In this document: in pieces, positions 29,153 to 43,752 of the stretch
How the letters are laid out: each line of letters opens with the position of its first letter
Numbering within the stretch: position 1 is the first letter of the stretch
Origin: an uncultured bacterium
Lineage (GTDB): Bacteria > Chloroflexota > UBA5177 > JANWHV01
DNA length: 64,000 nucleotides
Direction: 5' to 3'
Assembly (NCBI GenBank): GCA_963729625.1
Contig: CAVSOU010000011.1
Span: 352,001 to 416,000, forward strand
The notes under the pieces: generated by a model
Told to the model about the DNA's origin: nothing
What the model saw: only the letters and a program-made list of their open reading frames with translations
The model's database searches: none
Program-made: the position numbers and the translations under genes

Positions 29153-29182
29153 ACCGTAGCAAAACAAGTTAGTGCTTGTCAA
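29153..29182 (-). promoter_or_regulatory. Sigma70-type promoter for micropeptide-amt unit B
   Basis: TTGACA (29182-29177), 18-bp spacer, TGc-TACGGT (29158-29153). Confidence 0.6.
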
Positions 29183-30009
29183 GGACCTATCCAGCGTGCG
29201 ATCGCAGCCGCGTTCACAAACATCGCCACCCCGCCTACGAGCGTCAGCCCATACGCACAGGCGACGAGAAGCCGAACAGCGATAGGGACGTGAAAGCTCG
29301 CCTGCCACTCTTGAAGACCAGTTGGATCGCCGCGCTCCATGCGAGCGCGCAGGCCATCGGCATACCGCCGCCACCTGTTCACGCGGTGTGCGGCTATCAG
29401 AGCCGCCAGAATGGGAGCCGCAACCCCACCTAGGGTGTACAGCAGGCCGGCGTGCAGCAACCACGCGGCGAGCGCCATGGGGAACACGAGAATTGCTGGG
29501 TACGGCAACGCGCGGCTGATCAGCCCTCCGTCCAGAGGCTCAAAGGGCAGGAGGTTGAAGAGATTCAGTCCAATCGCCGTTGCCGCACCTACGACTACCT
29601 GCTGTTCAAGAGCGCCCTCCAGCGTTCTCGACGCGACAAGCACCGCGGCTTCGGCGCTCATGATGCCGGCGACCGGCCCTGCCAGAAAGATCAGCGCGAT
29701 GTCCGCACTGCGCAGCATGGGTCTGCCAGCACGCACGAAAGCGCCGATAACCGGCAAAAGCCGTACCGGACCGGGCGAGTACCCCAGAATGCGCATCATG
29801 TACCGATGGGCGAACTCGTGGTCGAGAATCGTCGCTACGAGCACCAATGCCGCTAGAGGGCCGAGGAACGCGAAGCTCGCCACACTCAGCCCGACGCTGA
29901 TCACCGGGTACTTCGTCACGCCATCCACGGCGGCGCGCAACCGGAGTCGCGCAGCCGAGTGGGCCACTGCATTGTGGGCGAAATACGGAGCAAGATTCTC
30001 TGTTGTCAC
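29179..30009 (-). CDS. Site-2 protease (M50) family intramembrane zinc metalloprotease
   Basis: HEFAH, LAGP, NLFNLLPFEPLDGG motifs. Confidence 0.88.
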   Translation of the reverse strand: MTTENLAPYFAHNAVAHSAARLRLRAAVDGVTKYPVISVGLSVASFAFLGPLAALVLVATILDHEFAHRYMMRILGYSPGPVRLLPVIGAFVRAGRPMLRSADIALIFLAGPVAGIMSAEAAVLVASRTLEGALEQQVVVGAATAIGLNLFNLLPFEPLDGGLISRALPYPAILVFPMALAAWLLHAGLLYTLGGVAAPILAALIAAHRVNRWRRYADGLRARMERGDPTGLQEWQASFHVPIAVRLLVACAYGLTLVGGVAMFVNAAAIARWIGP

Positions 30010-30315
30010 GCTGCGTGTACAGGGGAGTACTTACGGCTGATGGGATCGGTCGTGAGGGGAAACGCCATGCGTCATAGCCGCCGGCGAGGACCAGCGCCCA
30101 TCCAGTCAGTCGGCCACCTGCCTCCCTGATCCAACTGTACAGCGAATGTCAGTAAGAGTCATCGCGTGCGGACGGTCCAGCGGGTGGGCGCTCGCCGGGT
30201 CGTTTCGGTTAAAGTGTAACGAAGAGGATCTCCAGCCGCTTTCCACCTCGCTACCGTCTCTTTGCGTGCTGAGACGAGTGTCAACGGAGACCTCAGCGAG
30301 GCAACAAAGGACGTT

Positions 30316-32967
<2,652 letters not shown>

Positions 32968-32990
32968 AGATTCTCGCGGCAGGTCAATAA

Positions 32991-34970
<1,980 letters not shown>

Positions 34971-35106
34971 GTGGACGACCCCCGATGCACAGTAGTACGT
35001 GTGTTCTATCAACGTTGGCGTAGCACGTTGAACTGGAACGTTTGGGCTAGTTCATAGTGTACCGCACGGCTGGCCGCATTGCACGGACGGCCCCAAGAAC
35101 CCCACT

Positions 35107-35156
35107 TTGACAGCCCCGATCCACTCATGCTAGGATCTGCCCTGCACACGTGTTCA
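35107..35156 (+). promoter_or_regulatory. Promoter and LacI-type operator of iolE
   Basis: TTGACA-18-TAGGAT (35107-35136) followed by TGCACACGTGTTCA (35143-35156). Confidence 0.75.
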
Positions 35157-35200
35157 TGGCGTCGAAGCTTGCGCACGCAGCGCGGCAAGAAGGAAAATAT

Positions 35201-36097
35201 ATGTTTCGAGTGGCTAACGCACCGTGCTCCTGGGGTGTCATCGAGGGCATTGAAGGCGATCGCAATCAGTATCGACGGGTCCTGGATGAGATGCAGCAGA
35301 CCGGATTCAGTGGCACCGAGCTCGGCGATTGGGGCTTCATGCCGACCGACCCGGAGCGCCTGCGCGATGAGCTTCAGACACATGGTCTGGCCTTGATCGG
35401 CTCGTGGGTGAGCGTCTTCTTGCATGATGCCCTGCGACACGAGGAGAGCATCCGGGATGCCGTGCGTACCGCCCGGCAGCTGGCAACGGTGGGCGGCCCA
35501 GACTGCGTGATCGTTCTCGGCAACGATCCCTATGGGAACGCCGTGCGTACCAAGAATGCCGGACGCATCACGCCTGCCCTGTCGATGGACGATAGGACGT
35601 GGGAGCTGTTCGCGGGAGGCGCCTCTCGCCTGGCACGCAGTGTTCGCGACGAAACCGGCTTGCGCACAGTGTTCCACCATCACATAGGCACCTGGATCGA
35701 AACCGAGCAGGAGACGCGGCGCCTGCTGGATATGACCGATCCCGACCTGCTCGGGCTGTGCTTCGACACCGGCCATTGGCAGTTCGCCGGAGGCGATCCC
35801 GTGATGGCAATCCAGACGTATGCCGCACGAATCTGGCACGTTCATTTCAAGGACTGTGACCAGGATATCGCGGCACAATCGCATGCCGAGGAATGGGACG
35901 GCGTCACCTCCGTCGGTCACGGCGTGTTTTGCGAGCTCGGCAAAGGCGGCGTGCCTTTCCCAGCAGTGCGTGACTCACTGAAATCAGCCGGCTATCACGG
36001 ATGGATCGTGGTCGAGCAGGACATCCTTCCCGGCATGGGCACCCCCAAAGAGAGCGCTCAGCGCAACCGGGACTACCTGGCGTCTCTCGGTCTGTAG
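35201..36097 (+). CDS. iolE: Myo-inosose-2 dehydratase (IolE)-like TIM-barrel enzyme
   Basis: [43 protein letters not shown]; inositol gene context. Confidence 0.8.
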   Translation: MFRVANAPCSWGVIEGIEGDRNQYRRVLDEMQQTGFSGTELGDWGFMPTDPERLRDELQTHGLALIGSWVSVFLHDALRHEESIRDAVRTARQLATVGGPDCVIVLGNDPYGNAVRTKNAGRITPALSMDDRTWELFAGGASRLARSVRDETGLRTVFHHHIGTWIETEQETRRLLDMTDPDLLGLCFDTGHWQFAGGDPVMAIQTYAARIWHVHFKDCDQDIAAQSHAEEWDGVTSVGHGVFCELGKGGVPFPAVRDSLKSAGYHGWIVVEQDILPGMGTPKESAQRNRDYLASLGL

Positions 36098-36187
36098 TCG
36101 GTGAGGCGCGTCGCGAGCACGTTGACCCCTGCTTGCGACGCGCCCATTCTCATTGGATGGCCGGCGTTGGCTGGAAACTGAAGGAAT

Positions 36188-37219
36188 TCAGTCGGTTGTA
36201 ACTTCTTCGATCCGAATCGCGCGGCGCTCCTGAAGCGCGCGTCCTGCCGCCACCGCGACGCGCAGCGCCACGTAGCCATCCTCCACGCCAACGCACGGCG
36301 TGCTCCCGGTACGAACGCAGTCGACAAAATGCACTATCTCCGCCCGGAATGCCTCGGCAAAGCGATCGATGAAGAAGGCAACCTGCGCCAGGGCCTCTTC
36401 GTCCGGGCCAAGCACGGTCAGGCCCGGTCCGCCGGAGCCTTCCACGAACAGCGTCCCATCGGAACCATGCACCTCTGCACGAATGTCATAGCCGTGCACA
36501 GCCCTGCGACAATTGTCGACCATGCCCAAAGCGCCGCTCGCGAACTTCAGTGTCGTAATGGCAGTATCAACGTCGCCGATCTCTTTGATAGCAGGGTCGA
36601 CGAGCACCGAGCCTGTGGCGTAGACTTCTACCACGTCGGACCCAATCAGCCAGCGCGCCATGTCGTACTCGTGAATCGCTTGATCCTTGAACTGGCCGCC
36701 GCTGGACTTAAGGTAGGGTATCGGTGCGATGCGCGGGTCCCGCCCGACCAACCGCACCATCCACGGCGTGCCGATGTCGCCGCGCTGGATTGCCGCGTGC
36801 GCCTGCGCGAAGCCGGGATCGAACCTTCGATTGAAGCCAAGCTGCAGCAGTACCTTGCTCGCTTTCACCGCCTCTATCGCGGATTGGGTGGCCTGCAGGC
36901 TCTGGGCGACCGGTTTCTCGCACAGCACGTGCTTGCCGTGCCGCGCCGCCTCGACCATGAGTGCGGCATGTGTGTCCGTCGACGTTGCAATGATGACCCC
37001 GTCAACCGCCGGATCGTCCAGGATGGCTTCGAATCGATCGGTCGCCCATCCCTGTTCCGCTGTGGCCACCGCTCGCTGGGCCGAGGCGAGGTCGATATCC
37101 GCAACGGCGATCAGCTTCGCGCCCGGAACGTGGCGAGCCACATTGAGCGAATGGAGTGTGCCGATTCGTCCCGCACCAACAACACCAATGCCAATTACAC
37201 CTTGTTTCACCCTGACCAT
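36188..37219 (-). CDS. iolG: Inositol 2-dehydrogenase (Gfo/Idh/MocA)
   Basis: GAGRIG, CEKP, GFNRRFDP, SGG.F.D..IH..D, GDVDTA, GYD.R.EV.G. Confidence 0.88.
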   Translation of the reverse strand: MVRVKQGVIGIGVVGAGRIGTLHSLNVARHVPGAKLIAVADIDLASAQRAVATAEQGWATDRFEAILDDPAVDGVIIATSTDTHAALMVEAARHGKHVLCEKPVAQSLQATQSAIEAVKASKVLLQLGFNRRFDPGFAQAHAAIQRGDIGTPWMVRLVGRDPRIAPIPYLKSSGGQFKDQAIHEYDMARWLIGSDVVEVYATGSVLVDPAIKEIGDVDTAITTLKFASGALGMVDNCRRAVHGYDIRAEVHGSDGTLFVEGSGGPGLTVLGPDEEALAQVAFFIDRFAEAFRAEIVHFVDCVRTGSTPCVGVEDGYVALRVAVAAGRALQERRAIRIEEVTTD

Positions 37220-37390
37220 CTCCTATTCTGTCACACGAACCACGTCGTTCATCCTCGCCCCGCGCAGGTGACACGCGCAACGGCGCGGCCATACACACAG
37301 AACACCAGGTTGTTCCAGCCGCGTAGGGGCGGATCGCACCAAGCCGTTACGACCGTAACGGCTTGGTGCGAGCGGCGACGGCCCGCAGCA

Positions 37391-38491
37391 TCATCTAAGG
37401 TCCGGGTTAGGTAGCATCACGTCCCGGATTAGCGCATCCAGATCGGAACAGGCGGCGATAAACTGGCGCAGCGTTCGCGCGGTAGAGCCAAACGCATCAA
37501 AGTCTTCTACGGCAATGCCGTCTTCACTGTAGGCGCGCCGGAAATCGGCGAACTTTCCGAGCAGCTCGCCAACGACCTTCTCGTCGACAGGCGTGCTGAT
37601 TCGCGGCACGACCTCGACGTCGCTCGCATTGAAGCGAACCTGCCAGGAGTAGGGCGGCGAGATGACGACGTCTCCGCCAATGAACTCGCTCCAGTGCATG
37701 TGATTGCGGAACGCCGCGGACAGAAGGCGGATCCGGTATCCCCGCTCCTGGAAGATGCGGTACGCCTTCTTAAAGACGGCGACACCTGCCCACTCCAGAT
37801 AGCCAGGGTCGATCGCGATGTCTTCCTTGTCGATCAGCACCTTCAGCCAGTCGTCCAAACGTCCCACCATGATGGTGCACACCGGACCCATGGAGGCAAT
37901 GCTCAGACCCTCGCGCTCGCGGCGCTTCAGGCCGCGTTCCACTGCCTCGGCTACGGCGATGGCCTGTGGCAGCGTGAAGCTCACCGTGGCGTTGATGCTG
38001 ACTCCGCGGTAGGTAGCCTCCTCAATCGCGGGAATACCCGCGCAGGTCACCGGTATCTTCACGATCATGTTGGGCGCAAGCTGGCTGAAATGCACGGCCT
38101 GTTCCACGATCGCTTGCGTGTTTCGATACATCCTGGGATCCGTCTGAATGGAAAGCCGGCCATTGCGCCCGCCCTGCGCGTCGAAAATAGGCTTGAGCAG
38201 CGCCGCCGCCTTGGTAGAGACCTCTTCAACGACCTTCCACGCGACTTGGTCCTCGGTTGCCGTCGGCATCTCGTCGACAAGGGTCTGAATCCGCGGTCGC
38301 CACAGCGACATCTCCTTCTTCAGGACACCGAGCACAATCACCGGATTGCAGGTTGCGCCCACCGCGCCATGATCGATTGAGTACGTCAGCTCATTGATGG
38401 CCGCTGAGTCATTCCACAGACAAGTCTGAGTCGTTTGCGTCATCTGATGCAACGGACTCTTGAACGTTGTGACCGTGCTGGTTTGAGCCAT
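37391..38491 (-). CDS. Transaldolase family protein
   Basis: LWNDS, GATCNP, LSIQTDP, NMIVKIP (Schiff-base Lys), INATVSF, MVGRLDD, RLLSAA; AGGAG SD before MAQTS. Confidence 0.9.
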   Translation of the reverse strand: MAQTSTVTTFKSPLHQMTQTTQTCLWNDSAAINELTYSIDHGAVGATCNPVIVLGVLKKEMSLWRPRIQTLVDEMPTATEDQVAWKVVEEVSTKAAALLKPIFDAQGGRNGRLSIQTDPRMYRNTQAIVEQAVHFSQLAPNMIVKIPVTCAGIPAIEEATYRGVSINATVSFTLPQAIAVAEAVERGLKRREREGLSIASMGPVCTIMVGRLDDWLKVLIDKEDIAIDPGYLEWAGVAVFKKAYRIFQERGYRIRLLSAAFRNHMHWSEFIGGDVVISPPYSWQVRFNASDVEVVPRISTPVDEKVVGELLGKFADFRRAYSEDGIAVEDFDAFGSTARTLRQFIAACSDLDALIRDVMLPNPDLR

Positions 38492-38570
38492 GTAATTCTC
38501 CTGCGCTGAGTATCCCCTTATGCCTCTGGCGAGCCGGGACCCGCGGCACCCTGACAAACGTGCCACGGCG

Positions 38571-38619
38571 TGCACACGTGTGCAAGCAGAGTATAGTCCC
38601 GGACCGGTCGAGGCGTCAA
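38571..38619 (-). promoter_or_regulatory. Promoter and LacI-type operator of the transaldolase gene
   Basis: TTGACG-18-TATACT (38619-38590) followed by perfect palindrome TGCACACGTGTGCA (38571-38584). Confidence 0.75.
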
Positions 38620-38819
38620 GCCCTGCGCTGGACATGGTCGGCCGTTCAAATCGTGTACCAGGCACGTGGCAACGGGCCTTGGATCGCCGGGGACCCGCGT
38701 GCGGGTGTCCTGCCTGCCGGTCCGGCACATCAAGCACGAGCCGCCTTTGTGACCGTAGCGTCTGGTTCCAGCGTGCCGGCAGACGCAACGCATGGGTGCA
38801 CCGCCTAGCAACGCGGCGG

Positions 38820-38868
38820 TTGACACGCCGGAGCATCAGTGCTAGAATCCCTGGTGCACACGTGTTCA
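38820..38868 (+). promoter_or_regulatory. Promoter and autoregulatory operator of the LacI gene
   Basis: TTGACA-17-TAGAAT (38820-38848) followed by TGCACACGTGTTCA (38855-38868). Confidence 0.78.
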
Positions 38869-38929
38869 TCGGTCTATCCGATGGCCTGCGATGTACCCGG
38901 CCCGGCCCACCCGCGTGAAGGTGATCGTC

Positions 38930-40012
38930 ATGAGTTCGGTGAAGCGCGTCTCGATCAAAGACATCGCGCGGTTGGCAAACGTGTCGCACCCCACGGTCTC
39001 TCGCGCTCTCCATCATAGTCCGTTGGTCAATCCCGAGACCGCGTGCAGAATCAGACGCATCGCCGCCGAGTCCGGCTACCGGCCGAGCGCCGTGGCTCGC
39101 AGTCTGGTCACCAGCCGAACGCGCACGATCGGCGTTGTGGTCACCACCATCGCCGATCCGTTCATCGCGGAAGTCGTCGCAGGGATCGAGGACGAGGCCA
39201 ATGCGCACGAATACTCCGTGTTCCTTGCCAATTCGAACGCCGACCCCCAACGCGAGATCAAAGCAGTGCATTCGTTTGAAGAGCGGCGCGTCGACGGCAT
39301 CATTGTCACAGCCTCGCGGGTGGGCGCGCTCTACGCTGACGTGCTGTCACAAATGCGCGTGCCCGTCGTATTGCTCAACAATGAGCATCCCAGCGAATTT
39401 GGCTATTCGGTGAGGATTGCCGACTTCGAAGCCAGCCGCCAGGCGGTCGGCTACCTCCTGAGCCTGGGCCACCGCCAGATTGCCTACATCGGCGACCGCT
39501 ACGGGCGTAGCTCAGACACGGAGCGATTCAGTGGCTACCGTGCCACGCTCGACGAAGCGGACATCCCGTTCCAGCCCGACCTCGTCGTGCATGGGGACGG
39601 CCAGCCCGAGGGCGGCGCTCGGGCAATGGCGAGACTGCTCGATCTCCCAGGACTGCCGACCGCCGTGTTCTGCTACAACGATATGACCGCGATCGGCGCG
39701 CTGAAGACGCTCCGCGCTCATGGAATCCAGGTGCCGTGGGATGTCTCGATGATTGGCTTCGATGACCTCTTCCTCGCCCAGTATGCGGAACCCGCGCTGA
39801 CCACCATCCGCCAACCGAAACACGAAATGGGTCGCCTGGGGATGGATACGCTGCTGAAACTGCTGAGCGGCGGCGATCCCGAGCAGAACGTCAAAGTACC
39901 TGGCGAGCTGATCGTGCGCCAATCGACCGCGCCACGCAGGAGCCAATCAACCGCACCGCACAAGGAGGCGAGTATGTCATTGCGGGTCGCGCAGCATGTG
40001 ACAGAAGATTAA
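38930..40012 (+). CDS. LacI family transcriptional regulator (inositol cluster)
   Basis: SIKDIARLANVSHPTVSRAL HTH, PTAVFCYND, GFDD, LTTIRQP. Confidence 0.93.
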   Translation: MSSVKRVSIKDIARLANVSHPTVSRALHHSPLVNPETACRIRRIAAESGYRPSAVARSLVTSRTRTIGVVVTTIADPFIAEVVAGIEDEANAHEYSVFLANSNADPQREIKAVHSFEERRVDGIIVTASRVGALYADVLSQMRVPVVLLNNEHPSEFGYSVRIADFEASRQAVGYLLSLGHRQIAYIGDRYGRSSDTERFSGYRATLDEADIPFQPDLVVHGDGQPEGGARAMARLLDLPGLPTAVFCYNDMTAIGALKTLRAHGIQVPWDVSMIGFDDLFLAQYAEPALTTIRQPKHEMGRLGMDTLLKLLSGGDPEQNVKVPGELIVRQSTAPRRSQSTAPHKEASMSLRVAQHVTED

Positions 40013-40099
40013 ACGCTGTCACGGCGAGGAGACCGGTCAAGCCGGTAGAGGATAACGGTTTCGTTGGTAATGGTAGGAAGACGTAGGGGAAAACGGTAA

Positions 40100-41608
40100 A
40101 TGAAGCGACTTATGTACTGCGTGGACAACGAGTGGATCGTCTCCAAGACCGGCAAGTACATGCCGGTGATGAACCCGAGCACCGGCGAGCAGATCGCGGA
40201 GGCGCCATGCTGCACGCAGGAGGAAGTGAATTCGGCGGTGGCCGCGGCCGCCCGAGCATTTCCCGCGTGGTCGAACACGCCAATCCCGGACCGCATTCAG
40301 CTGATGTTCCGCTTCAAGCAGCTGCTTGACCAGCACCTTGATGAGTTGACCCTGCTTCTTGCGACCGAGATGGGAAAGGTACTCAGCGAAGCGCGTGGAG
40401 ACGTGCTGAAGGCTATCGAGGTGGTCGAGTGTGCCTGTTCGACGCACTACCTGATGCAAGGCGACACCTGCATGAACGTGTCCAACGGCTACGACACGGT
40501 GTCGTACCGCGAGCCGATTGGCGTGTTTGTCGGCATCGCTCCATACAACTTCCCGGCCATGATCCCGCTCGGCTGGATGATCCCCTTCGCCATAACGACC
40601 GGCAACACCGTGGTCATGAAAGCTGCCTCCATGGTGCCGCAGACGGCGATGCAGATGGTCGATCTGTTGATCGAGGCAGGCATGCCCAGAGGCGTCGTCA
40701 ATATCCTTACCTGCAGCCGCGTTGAGGCGGACAGCCTGCTGACGCATCCCGATGTCAGGGGCATTACCTTCGTCGGCTCGACCTCGGTCGGGCTCCATAT
40801 CTTCAAAACCGCGTCGGCCGCCGGCAAGCGCGTCCAGTGCCTGACGGAGGCCAAGAACCACGCGCTCGTGCTTGAGGATTGCGTGCTGGAGCGGACGGTC
40901 AGGGGCATCGTCAACTCGACGTACGGCTGCGCCGGTCAGCGCTGCATGGCACTTCCCGCGTTGTGCGTGCAGGAGTCCATCGCCGAAAGGTTGGTCGAGC
41001 TTCTGGTGCGGTACGCGCGCGAGCTCAAGATTGGCCCGGCGTATCTGCCCGAGTCGCAACTCGGCCCCGTCGTATCCACCGGGCAGAAGGAGTGGATCGA
41101 GAAGTGCATCACGCGCGGTGTTGACGAGGGAGCGAAGTTAGTGTTGGACGGCCGCAACGTTGTGGTGCCGGGTTACGAGAACGGCTACTACGTCGGCCCG
41201 ACCATCTTCGACTACGTGCAACCCGGTCATTTCGTCGGTGACGAGGAAGTCTTCGGCCCAGTCACCAGCGTGAAGCGGGTCAAGGACTTCGAGGAAGGCC
41301 TCGCAATCATGAACGCGAACCGCTTCGCGAATGGCTCGTCCATCTATACGAGCTCCGGACGCCATGCTCGGGAATTCGCCAAGCGGACGCACGGCGGCAT
41401 GGTCGGCGTCAATGTCGGCATTCCCGTGCCGTTCTCGATCTTCCCGTTCTCCGGACACAAGCAGTCATTCTTCGGCGACCTGCACACGCTCGGCAAGGAC
41501 GGTGTCGCGTTCTTCACCGAGACCAAATCCGTCACGTCGGTATGGTTCACCGAGGAGGATTCCCTGAAAACGGTCAGCACCTGGGATGGCACGCTGACCC
41601 GTAACTAG
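40100..41608 (+). CDS. mmsA: CoA-acylating (methyl)malonate-semialdehyde dehydrogenase, copy 1
   Basis: PYNFPAMIP, FVGST, KRVQC...AKNH, GCAGQRCMA, EVFGPV, GVNVGIPVP, SFFGDLH. Confidence 0.92.
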   Translation: MKRLMYCVDNEWIVSKTGKYMPVMNPSTGEQIAEAPCCTQEEVNSAVAAAARAFPAWSNTPIPDRIQLMFRFKQLLDQHLDELTLLLATEMGKVLSEARGDVLKAIEVVECACSTHYLMQGDTCMNVSNGYDTVSYREPIGVFVGIAPYNFPAMIPLGWMIPFAITTGNTVVMKAASMVPQTAMQMVDLLIEAGMPRGVVNILTCSRVEADSLLTHPDVRGITFVGSTSVGLHIFKTASAAGKRVQCLTEAKNHALVLEDCVLERTVRGIVNSTYGCAGQRCMALPALCVQESIAERLVELLVRYARELKIGPAYLPESQLGPVVSTGQKEWIEKCITRGVDEGAKLVLDGRNVVVPGYENGYYVGPTIFDYVQPGHFVGDEEVFGPVTSVKRVKDFEEGLAIMNANRFANGSSIYTSSGRHAREFAKRTHGGMVGVNVGIPVPFSIFPFSGHKQSFFGDLHTLGKDGVAFFTETKSVTSVWFTEEDSLKTVSTWDGTLTRN

Positions 41609-41630
41609 CCGGGCAGTCGACACGTCGCGA

Positions 41631-41663
41631 GGCAGCCCCGCACGCGGTCTCGGCGGGGCTGCC
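41631..41663. terminator. GC-rich hairpin between the convergent mmsA genes
   Basis: GGCAGCCCCGC ... GCGGGGCTGCC 11-bp inverted repeat; no clear U-tract. Confidence 0.55.
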
Positions 41664-41689
41664 GGACTACTCGCCCGCGACCGCGGCTA

Positions 41690-43159
41690 TTAGAACTTCC
41701 TGGACCATGCCTTGGGCCATCGCTCTATCACGACCTTCTTGTCCGTGTAGAACTCGACAGCATCGCGGCCTTGGGCATGGAGCGCGCCAAAGAAGCTGCC
41801 TTTCCATCCGCTAAATGGAAAGTATGCCATCGGGGCAGCCACGCCGATATTTACTCCCACATTTCCGGTTGGGACCACATTGCGAAACTTTCGCGCCGCG
41901 GCTCCGCTCGTCGTAAAGATTGAGGCAGCATTTCCGTAGGGGCTTCTCGCGAGCACATCTATCGCCTCGTCTATGTCCCTGGCGTGAATAAGGCTCAGAA
42001 CTGGCCCGAAGATCTCCGTTTCCGTCAGCTCGCTGGACGGTGCGAGACCGTCGACGATCGTCGGACCGACGAAATAGCCCTGATCGTACCCTGCAACCCG
42101 CGTGTCCCGGCCGTCTACGACGGGAACGGCGCCCTCGTGCTCTGCCTGTGCGATCAGTGAGCGAATGCGCGCTCCGCTCGCGGCGGTGATTACCGGTCCC
42201 ATCTGAGTGCCGTTGTCGAGCCCAAAGCCAACCTTGAGTGATTCCGCGGCCTGGGCAATTGACCTGGTAAACCACGAGCGAGCGTCTCCGACGGTCACGG
42301 CGACCGACACGGCGAGACAGCGTTGACCGGCGCATCCGAACGCGCTGTCCGCAATGACTTGCTTGGTCGTCTCGGGATCAGCATCGGGTAGCACCACCAC
42401 GTGATTCTTGGCTCCGCCCTGGCACTGTACGCGCTTCCCATTGCCGGCGGCTCTCGCGTAGATATATCGCGCTACCGGCGACGATCCGACGAAACTCATT
42501 GCCTGCACGTCGGGGTGATCGAGCAGCGCGTCCACGGCCACCTTGCCGCCATTGACGAGGTTCACGATGCCCTTCGGCAGCCCCGTCTCCTCGATAAGCT
42601 CTACGATGCGCATCATCGTGAAAGGCACGCGATCGGATGGCTTGACGACAAGCGTGTTGCCACAGGCGATTGCGTAAGGAAGAAACCACAGTGGAATCAT
42701 GGCGGGGAAGTTGAAGGGCGTGATTTCCGCGACCACGCCCAGCGGCTGTCGGATCATCGTCTCGTCGATACCGCGTGCCACGTCCTCGAGGTTGTATCCC
42801 TGCATCAGCGTCGGAATGCCACACGCAACCTCGACATTCTCGATTCCCCGGCGAAGCTCGCCACGTGCCTCGGCAAGGGTCTTGCCGTTTTCTACCGTGA
42901 TACCTCGCGATATCTCGTCAAAATGCTCCTCGAGCAACTGCTTGAGGCGGAACAGGTATTGGATGCGCTCGGGCGCTGGCGTGAGGCGCCACTCCGGAAA
43001 TGCTCTCGCGGCCGCCGCGACTGCCGCGGCGACATCCTCAACACTGCCGACCGGCGAGCGTCCCAGTAGCTCGCCCGTCGCTGGATTACGCACTTCCACG
43101 CCGGCCTCGGATGACGGCGTGCGCCAGGCGCCATCGCTATAGTCGCGAACCTCGGTCAT
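41690..43159 (-). CDS. mmsA: CoA-acylating (methyl)malonate-semialdehyde dehydrogenase, copy 2
   Basis: [43 protein letters not shown]; AGGAGG SD. Confidence 0.92.
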   Translation of the reverse strand: MTEVRDYSDGAWRTPSSEAGVEVRNPATGELLGRSPVGSVEDVAAAVAAAARAFPEWRLTPAPERIQYLFRLKQLLEEHFDEISRGITVENGKTLAEARGELRRGIENVEVACGIPTLMQGYNLEDVARGIDETMIRQPLGVVAEITPFNFPAMIPLWFLPYAIACGNTLVVKPSDRVPFTMMRIVELIEETGLPKGIVNLVNGGKVAVDALLDHPDVQAMSFVGSSPVARYIYARAAGNGKRVQCQGGAKNHVVVLPDADPETTKQVIADSAFGCAGQRCLAVSVAVTVGDARSWFTRSIAQAAESLKVGFGLDNGTQMGPVITAASGARIRSLIAQAEHEGAVPVVDGRDTRVAGYDQGYFVGPTIVDGLAPSSELTETEIFGPVLSLIHARDIDEAIDVLARSPYGNAASIFTTSGAAARKFRNVVPTGNVGVNIGVAAPMAYFPFSGWKGSFFGALHAQGRDAVEFYTDKKVVIERWPKAWSRKF

Positions 43160-43752
43160 GCGTGTTGCGCCTCCTTTCCCGCTTTATTGAAATGCTGCGG
43201 CCAACCCGCCGGCCGGTAATGATCTTGTTGCTATTCGCTCGCGGAGGCTCATCGGGGCGGTGCACGTCGCTTCGCCATTCTCTGGTCGGCGAAGCGGACA
43301 CGCGCGTGACCAGTACGGGCATGCACATCTTGGAGATGATCCCTTGACAACGCATCTGGCGACCGCCTGAAGCCGAACCGGGAGATGTCGCAGCCTCTCA
43401 GGATCGAAAGCCCGCCTTGCTGGCTGCGACCTCCGCGGTCCGTGGGCTGGTCCTGCCGCGCTCAGCGACTGTTCTTCCAGGTTAACACGACCAAGGTTAG
43501 GCCGCTGAGCAGGGTACGCAGCGAGGGCGTCCCTTGAAAAGTAATCGACGACGACCTGCAGTGCGGTAGATCAAGAAGTCGGCACGTCGTCGTTCCAATC
43601 GGCTTCTGCATTTGATCCGTCACTTTCAGGTCGCGGCGGCATTCTCTGTTTGAGGAGAGAAATCGCTTTCCCACTGCCCGATGGGGGATGGTGGTCAGCA
43701 CCCAACCTGTTACACTTTCGAAAGAGCCACCCGTCTGCGGGCAGGGTACACA

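Noticed and set aside
30050-30315. T-box riboswitch upstream of alaS
   Set aside because: No TGGNACC antiterminator bulge or U-tailed terminator visible
38492-39271. N-terminal extension making a 626-aa transaldolase
   Set aside because: Spans promoters and operators and is antisense to lacI; a good SD supports the start at 38491
43160-43752. Short ORFs in the mmsA-cdaA intergenic region
   Set aside because: No recognisable motifs, SD or repeats that I can support
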